From an uncultured Ectothiorhodospiraceae bacterium (GTDB taxonomy: Bacteria; Pseudomonadota; Gammaproteobacteria; UBA9214): DNA of 64,000 nt. The translations under genes were made by a program, and so were the position numbers. Shown piece after piece: positions 1 to 9,114 of this stretch (position 1 is the first letter of the stretch; every line of letters starts with the position of its first letter). The stretch is taken from contig CAZMAK010000004.1 of NCBI GenBank assembly GCA_964564245.1, positions 831-64,830 on the forward strand, in the 5' to 3' direction. The notes beneath the pieces were generated by a model. The model saw only the letters and a program-made list of their open reading frames with translations. It did no database searches and was not told where the DNA came from.

Positions 1-1
1 G

Positions 2-1129
2 GACATCCTTGCGCCGGACTTCGTCAATCGGTACGTCACCTTCCACCAGGGAGACCCATTCGATACGGACAAACTGCTCAAGCTGCAGCTTGCGCTGGGG
101 GACAGCGGCTATTTCGACCAGGTGGAACTGGATCCCCGGCGTGAACAGGCGCAGGACAGCCAGGTACCGGTTGTCGTGCACACCGTTCCGGCAGCGCACA
201 CCCGCTACAAGCTGGGACTGGGCTACGGCACCGACAACGGTCCGCGTCTCTCGCTGGGCGCCGATTTCCTGCGGATCAACCGGCACGGCCACGGCCTGAA
301 CTCCAGCCTGCGCCTGTCGCCGGTCGAACAGACCGCGGCGCTCAACTACACCATTCCGATCCGTAACCTGGTCAGCGACCGCCTGGTCATCGGCGGCACG
401 GCAGACAACAGCACCGACGTGGCGAACGGCGGCAACTCGCGCAGTTACCGGTTCGGTGTCAGCCAGAATGTCAGCCTGGGCTCGGTCCAGCGCAAGCTGT
501 ATGTCAATTTCCTGCGCGAGTCGTTTGTGCTGGGCAGCGAGCATGACACGGTGGATTTCCTGATTCCCGGCGCGAGCCTGTCGCAGTTGAAGAGCGACAA
601 CGTGCTGTTCCCGCGACGTGGTTACAGCTGGAACGTGGACCTGCACGGGGCGCCGGGTGCGATCTCCGCGACACGCTTTGTGCGCGCCGATGCCACCCTG
701 CGCGGGGTGTATCCCGTGGGCAGACACGCGCGCCTGATCGGACGCACGGAACTGGGCGCGACCACGGTAGAGGATTTTTCCAACCTGCCGGCCACGCAAC
801 GGTTCTTCGCCGGTGGTGACCAGAGCGTGCGCGGCTATGACTACCAGACGCTGGCACCCATCGACAGTACCGGTGCGGTGGTGGGCGGCCGCTACCTGGC
901 GGTGGCCAGCCTGGAGCTGGATTACCTGTTTGCCGGCAACTTCGGCGCCGCGGTATTCGTCGATACCGGGAACGCGGGAGACCATTTCCTGCCGCAGCCG
1001 AAAACCGGGGCCGGTATCGGTTTCCGCTGGCGCAGCCCGGTCGGCATGCTGCGCATCGACCTGGCACACCCGTTCGACGACCCGGACAACAGCTACCGTA
1101 TCCATATCAGCATCGGTCCTGACCTGTGA
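2..1129 (+). CDS. tamA: TamA/YtfM-family outer-membrane translocation and assembly module protein, C-terminal barrel part (5' end lies outside the window)
   Basis: The frame is open from the window edge (nt 2) to TGA 1127-1129. The sequence is Omp85-barrel-like (GGDQSVRGYDYQ, terminal RIHISIGPDL). A GTGA overlap couples it to tamB. Confidence 0.8.
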   Translation, partial: DILAPDFVNRYVTFHQGDPFDTDKLLKLQLALGDSGYFDQVELDPRREQAQDSQVPVVVHTVPAAHTRYKLGLGYGTDNGPRLSLGADFLRINRHGHGLNSSLRLSPVEQTAALNYTIPIRNLVSDRLVIGGTADNSTDVANGGNSRSYRFGVSQNVSLGSVQRKLYVNFLRESFVLGSEHDTVDFLIPGASLSQLKSDNVLFPRRGYSWNVDLHGAPGAISATRFVRADATLRGVYPVGRHARLIGRTELGATTVEDFSNLPATQRFFAGGDQSVRGYDYQTLAPIDSTGAVVGGRYLAVASLELDYLFAGNFGAAVFVDTGNAGDHFLPQPKTGAGIGFRWRSPVGMLRIDLAHPFDDPDNSYRIHISIGPDL

Positions 1130-4100
1130 AACGGTCGGTGCGCTACCTGTTCATCGCCACCCTGGCCCTGCTGCTGGTGCTGGCGGGAACCGTCGGCTGG
1201 CTGGCGGGGACGGAATCCGGCTTGCAGGTGCTCTGCCAGCAGCTGCTGGTCCGGGCCGCGCCTGCGCTCCGGATCGGTTCGGTGCAGGGGCGCCTGACCG
1301 GCACGGTGACGCTCCGTGAGCTGCGCTATGCAGACGAACAGCTGGAATTCAGCGCACGGTCGTTGCGACTGGACTGGACACCGGCTGCCCTGCTCGCTGG
1401 CGTGTTTCGCGTCCGGACCCTGGCGGCCGAGGGTGTGCACTTCGAGCAACTCAAGGCGGGCAGTTCGGAGCCCGTTTCGCTACCGCAGCACTTCCACCTG
1501 CCCGTTGCCGTCGAATTGCAGGACCTGTCACTGCACGAGCTGGTCGTCATTTCCGCCCCAAAGGCCGCGCCGCTGACCCTGGACTCGATGGCACTGTCCG
1601 GTGCCTGGCATGGTGAGCGGCTCGAGGTCACCCGGTTGCAGCTGCAGGCGCCCGATTTTGCCGTGGACGGTAACTTCACCCTGCAGACCGCGGCGGGATA
1701 TCCGCTGGCGGGGGGGCTGCACTGGCAGGCCAGGCCGCCCGGCTATGCGCCACTGCAGGCGGACGCGCAACTAACCGGCAGTCTGCATTCGCTGCATATC
1801 GAGCAGACGCTGGCGGCGCCCTACGCCGCACAACTCCGGCTTGTGCTGGAGCAACCACTCGCTGCCTTGCGGCTGGACGGGACAGTGACCCTGCAGGACA
1901 GTGACCTGGCGGCCATCCACGGCGGGTGGCCGGATATGCACCTGGCCGGCACGGTCACCGCACAGGGCGTGCCGGATGCCCTGCAGCTGGATGGCTCACT
2001 GGACCTGCGCGATCCCGCGGCGGGTGTCGCCAGGCTGACAATCCGCGGCAAGCGCCTGCCGGAGGCCTTGCAGATCGACAGTATGCAACTGGTTTCGGCC
2101 GGCCGTCCGGTCCGGCTGGATGCGCATGGCCGGATCGGGCTGGGTGACCACCCGGTGTTCGACCTCCAGGCACAGTGGCAGGCGCTGGCCTGGCCGCTGG
2201 ACGGTGTGGCGGATTATCAAAGCCGGAAGGGAAGCCTGACCCTGAACGGTACGCCGGACCATTATCGCGTCGAGGCACACGGCGACCTGCAGTGGAAGGA
2301 CCTGCTCAGCGGAGAGCTGACCCTGCGTGCGCACAGCGCTACGGCGGGCAACTGGCAGATCGAGGGCGCCAGCCTCACCGGTGGCAAGGCGCGGATCGAG
2401 GCATCCGGCCAGGTCGGCAAGGTCTATGCGCTCGACTGGCAGGTGCATGCAGCACGGATCGCCGACCTGTCGCCCGGAGCCGGTGGCAGCCTGCAGGGTA
2501 GCGGGTCCCTGACGGGAACACTGCCGGAACTGGCAATCCGGGCGCGCGCCAGCGGCAGGCAGATCGATTTCCGTACGTACCACGTCGACTCGCTGGAACT
2601 CGACGGGGATATCCGGCTGGCGCCCGGGCAGCCCTCGCGGCTGCATGCCGCAATCGGACCGGCCCGGCTGGACGGAACGCGCGTGACGCGGGTGAAGCTG
2701 GATGGCTCGGGCACCCCGGCACAGCATCACGTACACCTGCTGGCCGAGTCGGACCGGGGTAACGCCGAGGTCGATCTGGTCGGTCACCGGGACGGGTCGA
2801 CCTGGCGTTTTGAACTGCAGCAGGCCAGCCTGGGCTATCCGTCACTGGCGCCCTGGCAATTGGCACAGCCGGTGTCCGGTGTGCTTGCCGGCACTCGCCT
2901 GCAACTGCCGGAACACTGCTGGAACTCGAAGACGGCACGCGCCTGTCTGCACTTTGACGGCAATGCACAGGCATACCACGGTGCATTTACGCTGAGTAAC
3001 CTGCCGCTGGACTACCTTGCTGCGCTGTTGCCGGATACGGTCCGGCTCGACGGGGAGGTGAACGGGCATGGTGATTTCAGTGCCGGCGGACAGCAGCCGG
3101 CCGTGCTCCGGCTGCAACTGGACAGCACGCCGGTCCGCCTGGGTCTGCCGAAGGAAGACGCGGCCCTGCAGCAGCTGTTTGCCTTTGCGCCCGGGCAATT
3201 ACTGGTCAGGCGAGAGGGGCGCAGCATGTCGGTACGCCTCGACCTGCCACTGGCAACGGGAGCCGGCGGGGTGGAGCTGCAGACCGGGCTGGTGGCGCCA
3301 CCGGGCGGGGACTGGCAGAAGGCGGTGCTGAACGGAAGCATGAACCTGGTGTGGCCGGATATCGCGCTGGCCCGTTACTGGCTGCCCGAGGCAAGCGAAC
3401 TGCACGGGCGTGTCGACGGACAGGTGTCGATCGAGGGCACTGTCGCCAGCCCGCGCCTGCAGGGCCGGCTGGCGCTGTCACAGGGCTCCGCGACGCTGAT
3501 AACACCTGGCATGAAGCTGAAGGATGTGTCCATCGAGCTGGACGGACAACCGTCCGGTGTTGTGCAGATCGCACTTACGGCCGCCTCCGGTGCAGGCACG
3601 CTGGAAGGTCACGGCCAGCTGGAACCGGATGCGCGCAAGGCCACCCTGCACCTGACCGGGACGAAGTTCCAGGTCATGAATACACCGGAGGCAAAGGTCA
3701 CCGCCTCGCCGGATCTGCAAATGGAAATTTCCGCTGAGCGGGCCACCGTGACCGGGAAGATCGAGATTCCGAGTGCGCACCTGCGCCCGAGTACGCCGCC
3801 GCCATCGGCCGTCAACGTTTCGCCCGACCAGGTGATCGTGGTGGAAGGCGGAACTGCGGAAAGTACCGCGCGCTTCCCCGTGCACAGCCGGGTACGCGTG
3901 GTGCTGGGTGAGGCTGTCGACATCGATGGGCTCGGTCTGAGCGGCAAGCTGCACGGCAACGTGCTGGTGATCGATTCACCCGGACAGCCGGCGACCGCCA
4001 CCGGCGAGCTGTCGATCAGCGACGGGCGGTACGAGGCGTATGGACAGGATCTGTCGATCACCACCGGTCGCCTGCTGTATGCCGGGAACGCAGTGACCGA

Positions 4101-4602
4101 GCCGGGGCTGGATATCGAGGCCGTGCGTCAGCCTGCGCCGGACATCAAGGTGGGCGTGCGGGCACGCGGCAGCCTGCGCGCGCCGAAGTTCAGCGTGTTT
4201 TCCGATCCGGTCATGCCGCAGTCGGAGCAATTGTCATGGCTGGTACTGGGCCGGTCGATGCAGGGCGGTGCATCCGACAGCCAGCGCTCGGCGCTGCAGT
4301 CGGCGGCATTGATGCTGGGCCTGAACCAGGGCGAGTCTCTCGGCAAGCGGCTGGGTGCCTCGCTCGGACTCGACGAGGTGTCGGTCGGCCAGGCGCCGGG
4401 TGCGGATGTAACCCAGGCCTCGTTGCTGGTTGGCAAGTACCTGAATCCCAGGTTGTTCGTCAGTTACGGCATCGGTCTGTTCGAACCGGTTGCCACGTTC
4501 AGTATGCGCTATGCGCTGTCGAGTCACTGGAAACTGGTGGGCGAGACCGCGGCCCAGGGTTCCTCCGCGGATCTGTACTACGAGATCGAGCAGCGCAAGT
4601 AG
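1126..4602 (+). CDS. tamB: Translocation and assembly module protein TamB (DUF490 family), 1158 aa
   Basis: N-terminal signal-anchor (MKRSVRYLFIATLALLLVLAG), long repetitive beta-rich body and a typical DUF490 C-terminus (HWKLVGE...DLYYEIE). It follows tamA with overlapping start and stop codons. Confidence 0.85.
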   Translation: MKRSVRYLFIATLALLLVLAGTVGWLAGTESGLQVLCQQLLVRAAPALRIGSVQGRLTGTVTLRELRYADEQLEFSARSLRLDWTPAALLAGVFRVRTLAAEGVHFEQLKAGSSEPVSLPQHFHLPVAVELQDLSLHELVVISAPKAAPLTLDSMALSGAWHGERLEVTRLQLQAPDFAVDGNFTLQTAAGYPLAGGLHWQARPPGYAPLQADAQLTGSLHSLHIEQTLAAPYAAQLRLVLEQPLAALRLDGTVTLQDSDLAAIHGGWPDMHLAGTVTAQGVPDALQLDGSLDLRDPAAGVARLTIRGKRLPEALQIDSMQLVSAGRPVRLDAHGRIGLGDHPVFDLQAQWQALAWPLDGVADYQSRKGSLTLNGTPDHYRVEAHGDLQWKDLLSGELTLRAHSATAGNWQIEGASLTGGKARIEASGQVGKVYALDWQVHAARIADLSPGAGGSLQGSGSLTGTLPELAIRARASGRQIDFRTYHVDSLELDGDIRLAPGQPSRLHAAIGPARLDGTRVTRVKLDGSGTPAQHHVHLLAESDRGNAEVDLVGHRDGSTWRFELQQASLGYPSLAPWQLAQPVSGVLAGTRLQLPEHCWNSKTARACLHFDGNAQAYHGAFTLSNLPLDYLAALLPDTVRLDGEVNGHGDFSAGGQQPAVLRLQLDSTPVRLGLPKEDAALQQLFAFAPGQLLVRREGRSMSVRLDLPLATGAGGVELQTGLVAPPGGDWQKAVLNGSMNLVWPDIALARYWLPEASELHGRVDGQVSIEGTVASPRLQGRLALSQGSATLITPGMKLKDVSIELDGQPSGVVQIALTAASGAGTLEGHGQLEPDARKATLHLTGTKFQVMNTPEAKVTASPDLQMEISAERATVTGKIEIPSAHLRPSTPPPSAVNVSPDQVIVVEGGTAESTARFPVHSRVRVVLGEAVDIDGLGLSGKLHGNVLVIDSPGQPATATGELSISDGRYEAYGQDLSITTGRLLYAGNAVTEPGLDIEAVRQPAPDIKVGVRARGSLRAPKFSVFSDPVMPQSEQLSWLVLGRSMQGGASDSQRSALQSAALMLGLNQGESLGKRLGASLGLDEVSVGQAPGADVTQASLLVGKYLNPRLFVSYGIGLFEPVATFSMRYALSSHWKLVGETAAQGSSADLYYEIEQRK

Positions 4603-4610
4603 CACAACCG

Positions 4611-5561
4611 CTAGTCGTGTCTCTTCCCCGCTTTCCGGCGCAATGGTTTCACGCAGCTCAGGTTACAGGCGGCAACCGCTTCACTGATTACGTCGATGAC
4701 TTTGGGGCGCGGGAAGGAAACGCGCCATGCCAGTGCCACGGTGCGGCTGGGTACCGGCTTGCCGAAACGGCGAATGGCCAGCAGGCGTTGTGAATACCGG
4801 TCCGCACCGGCCGCGGTGCAGGGCAACACGGTGATACCGAGTCCCGAGACCACCATGTGGCGGATGGTTTCCAGGGAACTGCCCGAGATGGAGCTGGACA
4901 GGCCGCCTTCCAGTCCCGGTTTGGGGATGCAGGCCGGGCAGGCCTCCAGCACATGGTCGCGGAAGCAGTGTCCGGCGCCAAGCAACAACACCGTTTCCTG
5001 TTCCAGTTGTGCCGACCGGATGGTCTTGCGCTGGGTCAGCGGGTGCGCGGCCGGCATCAGCACCACGAACGGTTCCTCGTACAGTGGCAGCGTTACCAGT
5101 CCCTGGCCGCTGAACGGCAGGGCCAGGATGGCAATGTCGAGCTCGCCGTGCCGCAGTTGCTCGGCCAGCACCGAGGTGTAGTTTTCCTCGATCACCAGCG
5201 GCATGTCCGGCGCCAGCCTGTGCAGGTTCGGTATCAGGTCCGGGAAAAGATAGGGGCCGATGGTGTAGATGGCGCCCAGCCGGATCGGGCCGGACAGCTG
5301 GTTCCTGCCCTGTTGGGCGGCAATTTTCACACTTTCCGCGGCTTCCAGGGTGCGCTGTGCCTGGGCGATGACCTGTTCCCCCACCGGGGTCACGGAAACC
5401 TCGCTGGCCTGGCGTTCGAACAGCTGTACGCCAAGCTCCTCTTCCAGTTTCTTGATCGCGATGCTGAGCGTGGGCTGGCTGACGTGACAGGCCCTGGCGG
5501 CGCGGCCGAAGTGCCGCTCGCGTGCCACCGCGACGATATATTTCAGTTCGGTCAGGGTCAT
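4611..5561 (-). CDS. oxyR: LysR-family peroxide sensor/regulator OxyR
   Basis: The HTH (ERHFGRAARACHVSQPTLSIAIKKLEEELG) closely resembles E. coli OxyR. GHCFRDHVLEAC places two Cys exactly 9 residues apart, like C199/C208. I chose the ATG at 5561 (MTLTELKY); the ORF track extends to a TTG at 5594. Confidence 0.8.
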   Translation of the reverse strand: MTLTELKYIVAVARERHFGRAARACHVSQPTLSIAIKKLEEELGVQLFERQASEVSVTPVGEQVIAQAQRTLEAAESVKIAAQQGRNQLSGPIRLGAIYTIGPYLFPDLIPNLHRLAPDMPLVIEENYTSVLAEQLRHGELDIAILALPFSGQGLVTLPLYEEPFVVLMPAAHPLTQRKTIRSAQLEQETVLLLGAGHCFRDHVLEACPACIPKPGLEGGLSSSISGSSLETIRHMVVSGLGITVLPCTAAGADRYSQRLLAIRRFGKPVPSRTVALAWRVSFPRPKVIDVISEAVAACNLSCVKPLRRKAGKRHD

Positions 5562-5803
5562 GGGCAGCGTATCCGGATTGATAGTGGTTAACAATCAGCC
5601 TTTTTATAACAATTTATTGGATATATGGAAAGCGCGGCGCTACCTTCAGGGCAGGAGAATTATCTCCGCCAGGCGCAGGGCACCCGGGCAACGGATGCTG
5701 GTACGACACGCCGAGAGCCGCCGGGCCGATAACCCGCTCACCCCGGCCGCCAGGCAACAGGCATGTGCAGGCCGATACCGGGACTATTCCCGCCTGGTTG
5801 ATG

Positions 5804-5840
5804 ATCGATACCGGCTATGGGCGGGATAGCAATAAACAAT
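5804..5840. promoter_or_regulatory. Candidate OxyR operator (ATCG-N7-CTAT-N7-ATAG-N7-CAAT)
   Basis: Four tetranucleotides at exact 11-bp register match the OxyR consensus ATAG-N7-CTAT-N7-ATAG-N7-CTAT at 14 of 16 specified positions. The site lies in the oxyR / mini-LysR-ccp divergent intergenic region, 49 nt upstream of the 5889 start. Confidence 0.4.
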
Positions 5841-5888
5841 TTCTGCAGTACCGGGTACTGGCCTATGTTGTAGACACGGAGGAACGGG

Positions 5889-6155
5889 ATGTCCATCAGA
5901 CAATTGCAGTATTTTGTCACGCTCTTCGAGGAGTGCCACTTCGGCAAGGCGGCAGAGCGCTGCAACGTCACCCAGTCCACCTTCAGCATGCAGCTGGCGA
6001 AACTGGAACACTATCTCGGGACTACGCTGTTCGAACGCGACAGTCGCAACGTACGTCCGACCGGTGCGGCAAGCCGGATCGAGCCGCTGGCGCGCAGAAT
6101 CGTGGACGGGTGTCATGAAATCTGCCGTGTCGTGCACCAGCAGCAGAACGGGTAA
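5889..6155 (+). CDS. LysR/OxyR-like DNA-binding (HTH plus linker helix) domain only, 88 aa; either a stand-alone mini-regulator or a truncated gene remnant
   Basis: MSIRQLQYFVTLFEECHFGKAAERCNVTQSTFSMQLAKLEHYLGTTLFER is a LysR winged-HTH. GGAGGAA RBS lies 6 nt before the ATG. The stop comes after the linker helix, and only 164 nt remain before ccp, so no co-inducer domain can be encoded. Confidence 0.6.
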   Translation: MSIRQLQYFVTLFEECHFGKAAERCNVTQSTFSMQLAKLEHYLGTTLFERDSRNVRPTGAASRIEPLARRIVDGCHEICRVVHQQQNG

Positions 6156-6319
6156 GGGATCGACATTATCGACTGGTACGTGCCGTAACAGACGCGCAGA
6201 CTGGTTGCGCATCATGACGGTCAGACGGTAACGGCGCCAGGACAGCCGTGACATTCGCAAGTGTCGATCCGCCAATGCCTCGCAAAGAGGAAAACAGCAT
6301 CACTAGGGAGGGGCAAGGT

Positions 6320-7450
6320 ATGATTCGAACGTCAGTCTGGTCATTCATGATCCTGCTGGGTATTTCCGCTGCCGCCACCGGCGCGGTACCGCTGGGGTTG
6401 CCGCCGGTACCCGTGCCGGACGACAATCCGCAAACCCCGGCAAAAATCAGTCTCGGTGACAAGCTCTTTCATGACAAGCGCCTGAGTGCGGACGGCAAGG
6501 TAAGCTGCTCCCACTGTCACGACCAGGCCAGGGGCTTTACCGATCACCTGCCGGTGTCAAAGGGATTCAACAGCCTGACCGGTACCCGCAACGCACCCAC
6601 GGTCATCAACGCCGCCTACATGAAGACACTGTTCTGGGACGGTCGCGAACCGGACCTGGAAGGGCAGTCCAAACAGCCGTTTATCAACCCGGTGGAGGGT
6701 GGCCTGGCCAGTCACGACATGCTCGTGGACATCGTCAGGAAGGACCCGGAATACATCAGGGCATTCCAGGACATCTTCGGTGTCGGGCAGGACGCGATCA
6801 CCGTGGACCACATTGCCATGGCGATCGCCAGTTTTGAGCGCACCATCATCGCCGGCGATTCAGCGTTCGACCGCTACTTCTACGGTGGGGACAGGACGGC
6901 GTTGAGCAAGGCACAGCAGCGTGGATTCGCACTCTATACCGGCAAGGCACGCTGTGTGTCCTGCCACGTGATCGAGCAGACCCAGGCGCTGTTTACCGAC
7001 AACCGGTTCCACAATATCGGTGTCGGCTTCAAGTCCATCCGTGGCAGGGAAGGGGCGACCGCGGAGGCCTTTCTCAGGGACAAGCACCACGGTGCCAACG
7101 TCGATGTCACCGTGCTGACGAAGCCCAACATGTCCGAACTGGGCCGGTTCGCCGTGACCGAGAACCTGACACAGGTAGGTGCCTTCAAGACGCCAACCCT
7201 GCGCAACATCGCGGTGACCGCACCGTACATGCATGACGGCAGCCTGGAGACGCTGGACGACGTGGTGAACTTCTACAATAACGGCGGCCGGGTCAAGGAC
7301 ACCGACCCGGTGTCGGATTTCCAGAGTGGCGGAATCCGGCCGCTGCAGCTCACCGACCAGGAAAAGAAGGACCTGGTGGCGTTCATGCAGGCCCTGACCA
7401 GCCCGGCATACGCCAGGCAGGCCAGTCAATCCATGCAGGCCGGCCAATAA
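6320..7450 (+). CDS. ccp: Di-haem bacterial cytochrome c peroxidase (BCCP/MauG superfamily)
   Basis: Signal peptide, two CxxCH motifs (CSHCH, CVSCH) and the conserved FKTPTLRNIAVTAPYMHDGS...FYNNGG motif. GGGAGGGG RBS precedes the ATG at 6320; the ORF track starts earlier at 6248. Confidence 0.85.
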   Translation: MIRTSVWSFMILLGISAAATGAVPLGLPPVPVPDDNPQTPAKISLGDKLFHDKRLSADGKVSCSHCHDQARGFTDHLPVSKGFNSLTGTRNAPTVINAAYMKTLFWDGREPDLEGQSKQPFINPVEGGLASHDMLVDIVRKDPEYIRAFQDIFGVGQDAITVDHIAMAIASFERTIIAGDSAFDRYFYGGDRTALSKAQQRGFALYTGKARCVSCHVIEQTQALFTDNRFHNIGVGFKSIRGREGATAEAFLRDKHHGANVDVTVLTKPNMSELGRFAVTENLTQVGAFKTPTLRNIAVTAPYMHDGSLETLDDVVNFYNNGGRVKDTDPVSDFQSGGIRPLQLTDQEKKDLVAFMQALTSPAYARQASQSMQAGQ

Positions 7451-7460
7451 GGAGGAAACC

Positions 7461-8537
7461 ATGAGCAACAACATCAATCGCCGAGGATTTCTGAAACAGG
7501 CCGGTGCCGTGGTGGCCGCCGGCAGCCTGCCGCTGTCGCTGGTCGAGATCGCCTTCGGCAAGGACTCGCCGGCAAACTTCAGCTTCGCCTATATTTCCGA
7601 TTCGCACATCACCCACATCAAGGGCAACGAGTTCGTGCGTAACTGGGACCGCGGACTGAAGCGCGCGGTCGCGGAGGCCAACCTGCTCGATCCCCGGCCG
7701 GATTTCATTTTCTACGGCGGGGACATTGCCCAGCTGGGCAAGCCGGAGGAGCTCGATCACGGCCTGGAAATCCTGTCGGGACTGCGCGGTGACGTGCACT
7801 ACGTGATGGGGGAGCATGACTATTACCTGGACCTGGGCGACTACTGGAAAAAGCAGCTCGGACCGGACCATTACAGTTTCGACCACAAGGGTGTGCACTT
7901 CGTGGTGCTGAACAGCATCCTCACCTACGATGACTGGACAAACAACAAATGGCCGACGGCCGCCGAGCGCATGCACCAGATGGCACGGCTCGACAACCCG
8001 CAGGGATCCCCGTTCATGGTCGGTGACGCCCAGCGCGACTGGCTGAAACAGGACCTGGACAAGGTCAGCAAGGACACGCCGGTGGTAGTGTTCTCGCACT
8101 CGCCGATCCAGAAGATCCACAAGGGCTGGAACTTCTGGACCGACGACGCCGAGCAGGTGCAGGCCCTGCTGAAGCCGTTCAGCAAGGTCACGGTCATCTA
8201 CGGCCACGTGCACCAGATCCAGTACAACCAGATCGGCAACATCAGTTTCCATTCCGCGATGGCGACCGCGTGGCCGTGGCCGTACCCGTCGACTTACCGC
8301 CAGGTGGAGTCTTACCTCCCCAGACTGACGGTGGAGATGAACCGGGCCAACCCGTTCTTCGAACGTGATGCGACGGGCTGGCAGTTCATCAACCTGCACA
8401 CCGGCAACGTCGACATGAGCTACATGCTGCCGGGCAACACCAACCGCGTGGTGGCGTTCGATACGGCCACCGGCAAGCCGGTGGATACCAGATACCAGGC
8501 CGTGGCGAACCGCATACCGCCACAGGTTCATTACTGA
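7461..8537 (+). CDS. Tat-exported calcineurin-like metallophosphoesterase, 358 aa
   Basis: Twin-arginine signal (NRRGFLKQAGAVVAAGS). Metallophosphoesterase motifs occur in order: DSH, GGD, GEHD, SHSP, GHVH. It starts 10 nt after the ccp stop. Confidence 0.8.
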   Translation: MSNNINRRGFLKQAGAVVAAGSLPLSLVEIAFGKDSPANFSFAYISDSHITHIKGNEFVRNWDRGLKRAVAEANLLDPRPDFIFYGGDIAQLGKPEELDHGLEILSGLRGDVHYVMGEHDYYLDLGDYWKKQLGPDHYSFDHKGVHFVVLNSILTYDDWTNNKWPTAAERMHQMARLDNPQGSPFMVGDAQRDWLKQDLDKVSKDTPVVVFSHSPIQKIHKGWNFWTDDAEQVQALLKPFSKVTVIYGHVHQIQYNQIGNISFHSAMATAWPWPYPSTYRQVESYLPRLTVEMNRANPFFERDATGWQFINLHTGNVDMSYMLPGNTNRVVAFDTATGKPVDTRYQAVANRIPPQVHY

Positions 8538-8552
8538 GCAACGGGAGGCGAT

Positions 8553-8960
8553 ATGAAAAACCCATTCGGATACTGCCTGGTGTGCATCGGCCTCGGACTG
8601 GCCGTCGCCGGCCCGGCCGCTGCGGACGAGTTCAGCGCCGCCGACCAGGCGCGCTGGCAGGCGGAATACCTGTCCGTGGTGAAACAGGGCGAGAAACTGT
8701 TTCATGGCGGGCTCGGCAACGAGAACACGGTTTCCTGTGACCAGTGCCATCCCAACGCAAGCAACACCCACCCGGAGACCTATCCCAAGTTCCAGCAACA
8801 GCTTGGCCGGGTGGCGGTACTGGGCGAGATGATCAACTGGTGCATCATGAATCCGCTGGAGGGCAAGCCGCTGGCGCTGGACTCGCCGGAGATGGTTGCC
8901 TTGCAGTCCTACATTACCTACGAACGCAGGGGCGTCGAACTGGCGCCCGGCAAGCACTGA
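8553..8960 (+). CDS. Periplasmic monohaem c-type cytochrome, 135 aa
   Basis: Signal peptide and a single CDQCH haem-binding motif. It starts 15 nt after the phosphoesterase stop and is followed by a clean terminator. Confidence 0.75.
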   Translation: MKNPFGYCLVCIGLGLAVAGPAAADEFSAADQARWQAEYLSVVKQGEKLFHGGLGNENTVSCDQCHPNASNTHPETYPKFQQQLGRVAVLGEMINWCIMNPLEGKPLALDSPEMVALQSYITYERRGVELAPGKH

Positions 8961-8995
8961 TCTTTCGCACGCTCGCGTCGGGTCAGGCCCCTGAA

Positions 8996-9023
8996 ACCCG
9001 CAACCCCGGTTGCGGGTTTTTTA
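8996..9023 (+). terminator. Rho-independent terminator
   Basis: AACCCGCAA / TTGCGGGTT 9-bp GC-rich stem with a 6-nt loop, followed by a T-run (TTTTT). Confidence 0.7.
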
Positions 9024-9114
9024 TAGCGGCCGCACTCCCGTCCTGTCCGGCATGGACGCCGTGGCCGGCGGGTTGCCGCTACCATAGCGGAATGACGCGC
9101 GTTATAGTGTCGCG

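Noticed and set aside
7383-8957. 524-aa ORF on the minus strand spanning the phosphoesterase and cytochrome c genes
   Set aside because: It is antisense to two genes with clear motifs. The sequence is Arg/Gly/His/Val-rich and low in complexity with no domain signatures, which is typical of a high-GC shadow ORF.
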